Shown: piece by piece, positions 53,851 through 61,818 of the stretch
Position numbering within the stretch: position 1 is the first letter of the stretch
Layout of the letters: the number at the start of each line of letters is the position of its first letter
Source of the DNA: a virus
Lineage: Duplodnaviria > Caudoviricetes
Length of the DNA stretch: 64,000 bases
Virus record (IMG/VR): IMGVR_UViG_2061766007_000924
Coordinates: 37,396 to 101,395 of that record
Direction: 5' to 3' (one strand)
The notes under the pieces: generated by a model
Databases searched by the model: none
The model's input: only the letters and a program-made list of their open reading frames with translations
Told to the model about the DNA's origin: nothing
Translations under genes and position numbers: made by a program

Positions 53851-54537
53851 ATGGAAAAGATCAACGTGAGAGCAACTTTTATCGAGAGCGTGCTTGGGAC
53901 TGCAAGCAACAACAAGAACATCTATGAGGAGTTCATTGCCAGCAAGGCACCGAATGCGATGAGCGCAGAGGAAGAGATTGCGGCAGTCGGTGTCAATGAG
54001 GTCGTAGAGAAGGGAACAACGGTGTTTCCGCGCATGGAAGACGGCACTCCGATGTTCTGGGATTACCAGATCAGAGGGTTCTTCAAGGACACTTGCGGAA
54101 TGCTGAGTAAGTTGACGGAAAAGGACGAGAACGGCAAGAAGAAAAAGGCTGTGAATGAGTCTGGAAAGATCACGGCATACAAGAAAGTGATTGACGGTCT
54201 GATTTTCGTAGAGCCGCGCAAGATTCCGATTAAGTTCAATGGAGACATTACGATTTGTCAGCGTCCGCTTCGCGCAATGACGGCGCAGGGTGAGAGAATT
54301 GCTCTGGCAAGTTCTGAGGAGATTCCGGCAGGAGCACAGATTGAGTTCTCTGTCGTGTGCATGAGCGCAGAGCATGTCAAGGCTGTCAAGGAATGGCTTG
54401 ATTACGGTTACTGGCGCGGACTTTCTCAGTGGCGCAATTCGGGTAAGGGCCGCTTTGTATACGAGATCCTTGACGATGACGGGAACGCCATTGAAGGGAA
54501 CACAAAGCTGGCGGGAAAATACTTGAAGACAGCGTGA
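53851..54537 (+). CDS. Stand-alone RAMP/Cas7-like protein A
   Basis: C-terminal Gly-rich loop 'GLSQWRNSGKGRF'. 'TPMFWDYQIRGFFK' sits at the position of the Cas7 IPGSS.KG motif. Thumb-like 'RPLRAMTAQGERIALASSEEIPAG'. Confidence 0.72.
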   Translation: MEKINVRATFIESVLGTASNNKNIYEEFIASKAPNAMSAEEEIAAVGVNEVVEKGTTVFPRMEDGTPMFWDYQIRGFFKDTCGMLSKLTEKDENGKKKKAVNESGKITAYKKVIDGLIFVEPRKIPIKFNGDITICQRPLRAMTAQGERIALASSEEIPAGAQIEFSVVCMSAEHVKAVKEWLDYGYWRGLSQWRNSGKGRFVYEILDDDGNAIEGNTKLAGKYLKTA

Positions 54538-54541
54538 TATT

Positions 54542-54608
54542 GCACAAAAACAAGCACTGGATTCCGTGTATAGCGCCAATTGATTATTAGGCGCTGTAGC
54601 GGTATCAT
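54542..54608 (+). promoter_or_regulatory. Repeated phage promoter P9 (leader hairpin 54611-54651, operator 54655-54668)
   Basis: GCACAA-N16-CCGTGTA-N4-GCCAA-TTGATT-N17-TATCAT. Confidence 0.8.
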
Positions 54609-54675
54609 AATGGTGCGAAGAGCTGAGAGATCAGCATTTTTCTTCGCACCAGATGTGCTAAATAGCGAATAGAAG

Positions 54676-56456
54676 ATGCCAACGAGCGGCAGGAGGGTTA
54701 TGATGGAAAACGCACTTGAAAAGCTGAATGGTCTGTTTGAAGAGCTTGTTCCTGATGCTGGGCCAGCGGAAACTAAAGCCGGGGAACTTGTTCGTGCTGT
54801 TAGCAGAATCGGATATCGTTACTACAACGATGGAGACAAGATTGGCGTGGAACGCGGGAACGAGACATGCAATGCTGCTGCGCGGTACATCATGAGCGAA
54901 TTTGCGGATCAGGACTTTTCATGGACTGTGAACGGAATGTGGGGCCTCGTGAGTGACAGGTACTATGAGAAGGGGCTTGGGCTCCTGATTGAGCAGGTTG
55001 TTAAATACATAGAGAGCGATCCTGAAATCTCGGAAGAGATAAACGAATGCGACTATGACGATGACTACTATGAGGCAGAGGATGCGGAGTGGGATAAAGA
55101 GGAGGAAGCTTTCGAGCCTGTGGCTGTGTACGATCCTGAGCCTGAGTGGGAGGAGTGAAATAAATGCTGAAATGCAATGGCTATAAGATGTTCAAGGGCA
55201 AGGTGCTTGTAGATTTTCAGAATGGAGCGAAGCCGTTTCCAGTTGAAGGGACGTGGCTTCATAAACCGGAGGATGCATGCTGGTATCTTGCGCCTACGGA
55301 CGGCTATCCGTGGGGGTACAGCTTCGATGACAAGTTTGTGACTATTCTGGAGGATGCGTCATGAGCATATCAGAACACAAGGTATATAGGGACATGAGAT
55401 TTCCGAAAGACTGCTGGGATAAGAAATGCATACACTTTCATTGCTGGGACATGAGTGTTGATGACATCTGCTGTTTGTGTGACATTTTGCAGAGAGAATG
55501 TGACGCTTGCGATGAAGACTTTAGCTACGTGAGATGTCCGCTGGATGAGAAAGATGGTACACGTTAGAGGTCGAAGAGTTTGAGGTTGAGCTGTGAGCTG
55601 GGAAACAATGTATGACAAGAGAGAGGGCATTGAGCCTCTTTTAGATAGGTTCAGGAGACTTCCGCTGTGGGCTGTTTCAATGGCTTATGCTTACGCATTT
55701 AACATAGCTCAATATGGAGTGGATGCTTCCGAGAAGTGGGAAACAATCACAAAGCAGCAGGAGATGCTTGACAGAGCATACAGAAAAGGCAGATATGATG
55801 AGGCTGCAAGATGGAGGGGAAAGTGTAATGGTTAGGGTCTACGGCTGTTCGGATGATCTTGTAGAGATTGAAGGAGCAAAATATCCAGATGATGAGATTG
55901 ATTGCTTCGACAAGGATATGCTGATCGGGTTCAAGGACGGAACAGAAATCCGAATTGGCTATCCGAAGGAAAACTTGGCTGTCTGGTGGATTGAGATTGA
56001 GAAAACAGGCGGAGCTGCTTATGCCATGAACCGCTGCTATGATCAGGACGCAGAAATCTACAGTGATGTGTTTTCTATCAACAGTGAGGTAGCATGGCAT
56101 AAGGCTGTGAGGAAGAAATACAAATGGGAGTAAGTGGAACGAAAAGGAAAGAGCTTCTTGCCGTTCAGAAAAGAGAAAATGGCACAGAACTTTGTGGCGT
56201 GGATGGAGTGTATGTAATTCCAAGTGGAAGAAAGCACGAAAGCGGATGGGCATGCATGGACTTTGTGGCGACATTCAGAGATGATAGACCGATGGTAAGG
56301 TTCGGCGGGATCTGTGATGATGTTTCGTTCTATGGCCCACATTTCAGAATGGACTGTGACCATCCGAGCAGGATCATTCACATTTGGAACAGTCATGGGA
56401 CATTCACGGTATCAGGAATGGATATTTCGAGCTTGAACTTCGCGGAAGAGGAATGA
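54676..56456 (+). other. Six hypothetical ORFs between P9 and system B
   Basis: Co-oriented, closely spaced ORFs. Confidence 0.65.
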
Positions 56457-56481
56457 AGGGAGAGAAAAAGAAGTGAGTTAG

Positions 56482-56547
56482 GGATTATGTGGTTGGCATG
56501 GGCAGGGTGTGGCTCGGATGGGTATGGCGCGGTTAGGTAAGGATTAT
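56482..56547 (+). repeat. Array B1: one unit of 10 GGY-NN pentamers between GGATTAT delimiters
   Basis: GGATTAT gt GGTtg GCAtg GGCag GGTgt GGCtc GGAtg GGTat GGCgc GGTta GGTaa GGATTAT. Confidence 0.88.
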
Positions 56548-56582
56548 ATGGAAAAAGAACAAAATGGAAAGGAATTGATTAA

Positions 56583-57173
56583 ATGAAAAAGCTGCATGTT
56601 ATTTTGAATGGTACGTCTCCGCTGATTGAGCATTCTCCGAAGTGTGTGAATCCGCTTCATCCGATTTCAAAGGAAATGAAGAAGTACACCAGCAAGAAGA
56701 AAAAGACAGAAGAGGATCTTATGAAGCTCAGTGACCTTGAGTGGGAAGCTGGAGTTTATTGGGATGACAACATTGGGCTTGTTATTCCTAACGAGTGCAT
56801 CGCTGCCACATTTCTCGCGGGGGCAAAGATGAACAAGAACGGCACCAACTTCCAGAAATATGTCCACATTATTGATGGACAGGCACCGCTGGACATTGGA
56901 GAGGTGCAGAATTATGATGAGCTCAAGACGGAGGCGAGATTTAGAGATGTCAGAAGCGTCTGCGTCATGAGATCAAGGGTTATTCGCACGAGACCGAGAT
57001 TCAACACATGGAGAACTGAGTTCGACATGATGTTTGACGAGACAAAGATTGACGTGGATGCAATCATCATGGCTATTGAGAATGCAGGAGCATATTGCGG
57101 AATGTGCGAGATGCGCAATATGGGCTACGGAAGATTCTCCGCAAATATCACAGAGGTAGAGATGGCTGCATAA
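56583..57173 (+). CDS. Stand-alone RAMP/Cas7-like protein B (Vipr-like)
   Basis: N-terminal 'LNGTSPLIEH', 'GLVIPNECI', 'RTRPRFNTWRTEF', and C-terminal Gly loop 'GAYCGMCEMRNMGYGRF'. Flanked on both sides by GGY-NN arrays. Confidence 0.78.
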   Translation: MKKLHVILNGTSPLIEHSPKCVNPLHPISKEMKKYTSKKKKTEEDLMKLSDLEWEAGVYWDDNIGLVIPNECIAATFLAGAKMNKNGTNFQKYVHIIDGQAPLDIGEVQNYDELKTEARFRDVRSVCVMRSRVIRTRPRFNTWRTEFDMMFDETKIDVDAIIMAIENAGAYCGMCEMRNMGYGRFSANITEVEMAA

Positions 57174-57178
57174 GGTTT

Positions 57179-57365
57179 GGATTTTGCGGCGGGGTTCGGT
57201 CTGACTGGTTCCGGCAAGGCAGGGTATGGTTGGATGCGGTTAGGTAAGGATTATGCGGCATGTTCTGGTTAGGATCGGTAATGCGAGGTAAGGTAAGGTA
57301 CGACATGGCGTGGATTATTAGGTTGGGCCCGGCGCGGATTGGTGAGGCGTGGTCAGGTAAGGCAA
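57179..57365 (+). repeat. Array B2: three units of 12, 11 and 9 GGY-NN pentamers
   Basis: Delimiters GGATTTT (57179), GGATTAT (57248) and GGATTAT (57312). Confidence 0.9.
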
Positions 57366-57387
57366 GAAACATGAAAGGAGACAATAC

Positions 57388-57858
57388 ATGAACAGAAAAG
57401 AAAAAGTACAGGCGCTCGTGCAGGAGTTTCTGGGCAAGGACTACGGAGGCTCAATGACTCATTATGAGATTGCGAGTGTTATTGAAGAGAGAGAAGGGTC
57501 TACAAAATATAGGAGCATTGTTGAGGCGGCGCAGAAAAAGCTCCTTGAATGTGGAAAGATGATCGAGAATGTGCGCGGGGTAGGGTATAGAGTAATCAAT
57601 CCTGATGAGTACACGGGGCAGTCTGCAAGATGCGTTGTCAGTGGAGCAAAGAGAATTGACAAAGGCACAAAGATTTTGCAGAACGCTCCAGTGAAGGACA
57701 TGACTCAGGACGGTGTTACCCAGTACAACATGATTTCAGACAAGATCAGGATTCTACAGGCCGCTGTATGCGGAGCTAAGGTAGAAATTAACATGCTCAG
57801 TTCTAAGAGGGAAAATCCCTTGAAGAGGATGAGCGAACGGGCAGGATTGTTCAGGTAA
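57388..57858 (+). CDS. Hypothetical accessory protein embedded between arrays B2 and B3 (possible winged helix plus helical tail)
   Basis: RBS AAGGAG, 156 aa. 'MIENVRGVGYRV' resembles a wHTH wing. Confidence 0.7.
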   Translation: MNRKEKVQALVQEFLGKDYGGSMTHYEIASVIEEREGSTKYRSIVEAAQKKLLECGKMIENVRGVGYRVINPDEYTGQSARCVVSGAKRIDKGTKILQNAPVKDMTQDGVTQYNMISDKIRILQAAVCGAKVEINMLSSKRENPLKRMSERAGLFR

Positions 57859-58194
57859 GGTTTATATGGCTGGGCGAGTCGAGTTTAGGTCAGGCATGGT
57901 GAGATCAGGAGAGACATGGCAAGGCGAGTTCGGGCGGGGTATGGTATGGATTATAAGGCAAGGAATGGTCAGGTAAGGCGTGGTCAGGTAAGGTTAGGAA
58001 TATGAGGTTAGGCATGGTAATGAAGGCACGGTCAGGTAAGGCACGGTCAGGTGAGGCAAGGGTTATAAGGTCAGGCAAGTATGGGCGAGGTCGGTTCTGG
58101 CGTGGAATGGTAAGGGTTATAAGGTAAGGCGGGTTAGGGTTAGGAATGTTAGGGCATGTTCAGGCATGGTATGGCACGGTATGGTAAAAATTAT
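57859..58194 (+). repeat. Array B3: five units of 16, 8, 11, 9 and 13 GGY-NN pentamers
   Basis: Delimiters GGTTTAT (57859), GGATTAT (57948), GGAATAT (57997), GGGTTAT (58060), GGGTTAT (58114) and AAATTAT (58188). Confidence 0.9.
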
Positions 58195-58215
58195 AGCGAA
58201 AAGGAGAGTGACTGA

Positions 58216-59031
58216 ATGATCGGAGCGATTATTGGAGATATTGTAGGCAGCAGATTCGAGTTCAACAACATCAAGTCTAAGGACTTTGAGTTCCTGCATC
58301 CCGATTGCAGGACTACGGATGACACAGTGATGACTTGTGCAGTAGCCGAGGCGCTGATGCGGAGCTGGAGACTGGACAGGTTTGAGACGCTGCCTGATGT
58401 GGCAAGAGAGACACTGAGACAGATTGGGTACTGGTATCCGTATTGCGGGTTCGGCGGCAAGTTCATCAAGTGGATCTATTCTGAGAAAGATCCTGAGCCG
58501 TACAACAGCTGCGGCAACGGGGCTGCAATGAGAATCAGCGCTGTAGGAGACATCGCTGAGAGCATCAAGGAAGCGAAGATGCTGAGTCATGGGGTGACGG
58601 TGATCAGTCATAATCATCCAGAAGGGCTCAAGGGTGCTGAGGCTGTAGCTGTAGCAAATTTCCTTGCACGGTCTGGAAAGAGTAAGAAGGAGATCCGCAA
58701 GTACATTGAGGACAACTACTATGAGCTTGACAAGACCGTAGAGGACTACAGGCACGAGACGCTTGGGCACGGTAAAGAGATTTGCCAGATCAGTGTACCA
58801 CAGGCGTTTGTGTGCTTCTTTGAGGGCAAGAGCTACAGGGATGTGATTCGCAACTGCATTTCGATTGGCGGCGACAGCGACACGATTGCGGCAATTGCCG
58901 GAGGCATTGCAGAGGCGTTCTATGGAGTTCCTGATAGTGACGTGAGGATGGCGAGAAGGTACATGGATACAACCATGAGAGACATCTATGACTCTTTTGA
59001 GACTTTCAAGAAAATTAAAGTGGGAGGTTGA
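58216..59031 (+). CDS. ADP-ribosylglycohydrolase family protein
   Basis: 'GAIIGDIVGS', 'TTDDT', 'SCGNGAAMR', 'SHNHPEG', 'GGDSDTIAAIAG'. Confidence 0.92.
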   Translation: MIGAIIGDIVGSRFEFNNIKSKDFEFLHPDCRTTDDTVMTCAVAEALMRSWRLDRFETLPDVARETLRQIGYWYPYCGFGGKFIKWIYSEKDPEPYNSCGNGAAMRISAVGDIAESIKEAKMLSHGVTVISHNHPEGLKGAEAVAVANFLARSGKSKKEIRKYIEDNYYELDKTVEDYRHETLGHGKEICQISVPQAFVCFFEGKSYRDVIRNCISIGGDSDTIAAIAGGIAEAFYGVPDSDVRMARRYMDTTMRDIYDSFETFKKIKVGG

Positions 59032-59055
59032 TTTCGCGGTCGAAAAGCGGTATAA

Positions 59056-59586
59056 ATGAAGAAAAAACCGGAGAGAGGTAGAGGCATGAGCTGGACAGAG
59101 GAAGGGAAGATTGCGGTAGGAGAAACAGCATATAGTTTTGTTGTATATTGGGATGACAGAGCAGATCAAGAGTGTGTAAAGTTGTACACGGGGGATCTAT
59201 CAGAGTACATCACGCAATTTCAGAATGTGCGGGAAATGAAGGAATTTTTGAATCACGCAGAACCAGAGGACGTTAATTATCAGGTCGAAGAGATTCTACG
59301 TTTCAGAAGGTTTTGCGGTGAGGAGATAAAGAAGCTCGACAGCAAGGAAAGAGTGCTTGGATCTTTAGAAGATAAGGAGAAGCAGGAAAACACCGAGGTG
59401 TTTATGAAGAGAATGCACATGCTGCGAGGGGAAATGAATGCAAGACAGTTTGCCTATATACTCGGTCTGAACGCAGGTACTGTGCAGAATTTGCTGAACG
59501 GGCAAAGGACTCCGGGTGGACACATATTCAAAAGAATAGCAGATAAAACAGGGATGAGCGCAGATTGGCTCATAGGGAGGAAATGA
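59056..59586 (+). CDS. Protein with a C-terminal XRE HTH
   Basis: 'NARQFAYILGLNAGTVQNLLNGQRTPG...SADWLIG'. Confidence 0.75.
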   Translation: MKKKPERGRGMSWTEEGKIAVGETAYSFVVYWDDRADQECVKLYTGDLSEYITQFQNVREMKEFLNHAEPEDVNYQVEEILRFRRFCGEEIKKLDSKERVLGSLEDKEKQENTEVFMKRMHMLRGEMNARQFAYILGLNAGTVQNLLNGQRTPGGHIFKRIADKTGMSADWLIGRK

Positions 59587-59587
59587 A

Positions 59588-60037
59588 ATGGCAGCAAGAT
59601 TAGATGTTAAAGGAATGCGGGACGCGAAAACGCTTTCCATGCTAAGAGAAGCATACGCCCAAGGGACAAAAGTTGAGGCTGTAAAAGTCAGGAACATAGT
59701 ATCAGGTATGTTGGGCGTTGTAAGAGAAGTGAAAGAGAACGGAGAAATCTCTGTTCTATGGAACACGGGGGAAATCGGAGACGTTGAGTACGGGCTTGAC
59801 AGCGTGAGAATTGTGAATGCAAGCAAGTGCATGGTCAGGAGGAAGCCGGACGATCAGGTATGCTCAGGAGATAAGTGCTCGGAATGCGGTTGGAATGAGG
59901 AGATCCACTCAGAAAGGATCAAGAGAATCAGAAATGGAGAAATGGTTACACGGAAAACAGAAACAGGCGAGAAACTTTTTTTACAAGTGAAAAAGAGCCA
60001 CGAAAATAATACTGGGACGAAAGTGCTAAAAAGCTAA
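59588..60037 (+). CDS. DUF4314-like protein
   Basis: 'LREAYAQGTKVE...GVV...ISVLWNTG...YGLD'. Confidence 0.55.
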   Translation: MAARLDVKGMRDAKTLSMLREAYAQGTKVEAVKVRNIVSGMLGVVREVKENGEISVLWNTGEIGDVEYGLDSVRIVNASKCMVRRKPDDQVCSGDKCSECGWNEEIHSERIKRIRNGEMVTRKTETGEKLFLQVKKSHENNTGTKVLKS

Positions 60038-60098
60038 AGCAGTTGCTATAAGTTCACAATTCGTTCATGAAAATGTCTGTTGCTTCTGATAAAATGTT

Positions 60099-60755
60099 TA
60101 ATGTGGACAGGTACGTATGGGTATTTGCACCTTGAGAAATGGATATGTGACGTTGATAACTCAGTGAAGACGCAATGCGATGTTGCGGCTGAGAAGCGTC
60201 CGAAAAGTGCTCGGAGGACACGAAAGACGGATACGTCTGGAAACCTGACCGCGCCCTGATGGTGACTGAAAGGGCGAATCCCTGTTGGGAGAAAGTAAAG
60301 GCGCTGTGCTAAAGTTATCGCAAGCAAAGGCATCCGTGGAGTGGCGGGAGCAATAGAAGGTGGGCGTTAAAAGCGTGACCTGAATCCTGATAAGGCATTA
60401 GCTGGTGACTGTTGCAGACTCAGGAAAGACCAACAATCTCGTTTGCGGTGATGTCGTGGAAACACGGCTATAACACTCTACAGAATCGGAGTAGCAGAAA
60501 TCGCAGTGACAAAATGATATTAGAAGAAAATGTTTTATTGAAGAACATCTTATTCTGAATATCCTGTGAAACGTGCTCGTAAACAGTCGGGTGGCAGCTT
60601 GTGGAGAAATCCAAGGGCAAGAAGTTATATGGGGACGCTCATGTGGCTCAGACTTGTCTTCTGCGTGGCTGAATATGCTTGAAGGTAGCAGAGGTAAGAC
60701 GAAGGTCTATCAATGAAACGTATTCATTTCTCAGGGTGCAAAACCTGCCACATTA
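60099..60755 (+). ncRNA. Large structured ncRNA (~655 nt), ROOL-like
   Basis: No credible ORF. Extended -10 TGATAAAAT upstream and a terminator downstream. The 5' and 3' ends form two long helices. Phage/tRNA context. Confidence 0.7.
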
Positions 60756-60766
60756 TAGAGATCAGG

Positions 60767-60791
60767 AGCGACCGAAGAGGTCGCTTTTTTT
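60767..60791 (+). terminator. Rho-independent terminator of the large ncRNA
   Basis: AGCGACC-GAAGA-GGTCGCT-TTTTTT. Confidence 0.85.
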
Positions 60792-60808
60792 ATTGGGAGT
60801 GACGGGCT

Positions 60809-61510
60809 ATGATTGACAAGAAAGCGATCAAAAAGTATCATAAGCGCATGGACGAAAGGCTGAAAAGGAGAGGAGTAAGCCTTGATGGAGTCCACAGGTT
60901 TGATTACAATGACAAGCATGATAAGCTGGGAAGGTTCGCGCCGAAGAGTGGAGGCAGTGGTGGAAAGACTGCTGAGGAAATGACAAAGGCTGATATCAAG
61001 GTGCATGGGCCAAAGGAATCCAGAAAGCACATTGACGCATATATCAAGGCGCATCCAGAGGCAAAGAAGCAGATCATGAGTGACGCTAAGAAGTACAAGG
61101 ATGCGATGCAGAAGGTCAAAAACTTTCAGAAAGAGCATCCTGACGCTGAGGCTGGGACATATAGTGCGTCTGATGGCAAGCTGGTAGACGTTAAGGATGG
61201 ATATTGCGTCACATTCCACCAGAATCATGAGATAGGGAATGAGTATGGCGGATATGATGACAAGACTTATGCTCTGATGGCAGCTGTCACGAAGCATGAG
61301 CTTGGATCTGATGACGTTTATATCGGATACTTCGGGAATCCTGAGATTTCTTTCAACTGTAAGAATTATCAAAAGGCAAAGAAATTCTGCGTTGAGCATA
61401 ATCAGCACTCGATTTATGACGCGAAGAAGCACCAGCTGTGGGTGAACACAGAAGGATGGGATGAAAAGTACAATCCCATTAGAGGAGAAGGGAGTCACAA
61501 AGATGATTGA
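60809..61510 (+). CDS. Hypothetical protein with an 'H...GRF' leader motif
   Basis: 233 aa, 'FDYNDKHDKLGRFAPKSGG'. Confidence 0.6.
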   Translation: MIDKKAIKKYHKRMDERLKRRGVSLDGVHRFDYNDKHDKLGRFAPKSGGSGGKTAEEMTKADIKVHGPKESRKHIDAYIKAHPEAKKQIMSDAKKYKDAMQKVKNFQKEHPDAEAGTYSASDGKLVDVKDGYCVTFHQNHEIGNEYGGYDDKTYALMAAVTKHELGSDDVYIGYFGNPEISFNCKNYQKAKKFCVEHNQHSIYDAKKHQLWVNTEGWDEKYNPIRGEGSHKDD

Positions 61511-61811
61511 GCTCAAGGGAAAAGAAAAGGAAAAGATGGAAAAGGCCGTAGAAAAGGCTTTGAAGCATCCTTATTGGAAAAAGATGTTTGAGGAAGCACC
61601 GTCAGAAGAGTGCAAGGACTATATCAGGTACACTTTCTATTCAAGCGAATATTACGATCCTGACGCAGAAGACGCCGCTGACTTCGACAAGCTGCAAGAG
61701 CAGGTAGAAGGGAAGCTTAATGCGGAAAATTGGGAATACCTGAAAGGGATGTCTCCGAACAGTCCGTTTGTAGGTTATTGCAATCAGAGGATCAAAGAGC
61801 TTTCAAAGTAG
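61503..61811 (+). CDS. Hypothetical acidic protein overlapping the previous gene
   Basis: Start overlaps the end of 60809-61510. Confidence 0.6.
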   Translation: MIELKGKEKEKMEKAVEKALKHPYWKKMFEEAPSEECKDYIRYTFYSSEYYDPDAEDAADFDKLQEQVEGKLNAENWEYLKGMSPNSPFVGYCNQRIKELSK

Positions 61812-61818
61812 GTAAAGT

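Noticed and set aside
51488-58194. Canonical CRISPR array
   Set aside because: There is no constant 23-47-nt repeat and no cas1/cas2. The conserved element is only 7 nt and the spacers have internal periodicity.
56482-58194. Simple microsatellite, telomere-like repeat or G-quadruplex tract as the full explanation
   Set aside because: The NN positions are heterogeneous rather than homogenised, units have defined delimiters, and the tracts occur only around the RAMP-like gene. Two-tier G4 folding is possible but does not explain the grammar.
56482-58194. Self-targets of the decoded arrays within this window
   Set aside because: I could not run a gapped search by eye, so no target is claimed.
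29126-59169. Long minus-strand ORFs (e.g. 29126-30226, 50161-51309, 53683-54579, 58117-59169)
   Set aside because: They fully overlap well-supported plus-strand genes and are antisense shadows of codon bias.
60046-60333. 95-aa minus-strand ORF, and similar short ORFs across the tRNA clusters (40685-41696, 62107-62939)
   Set aside because: They are antisense to structured RNA genes and have no protein-like features or RBSs.
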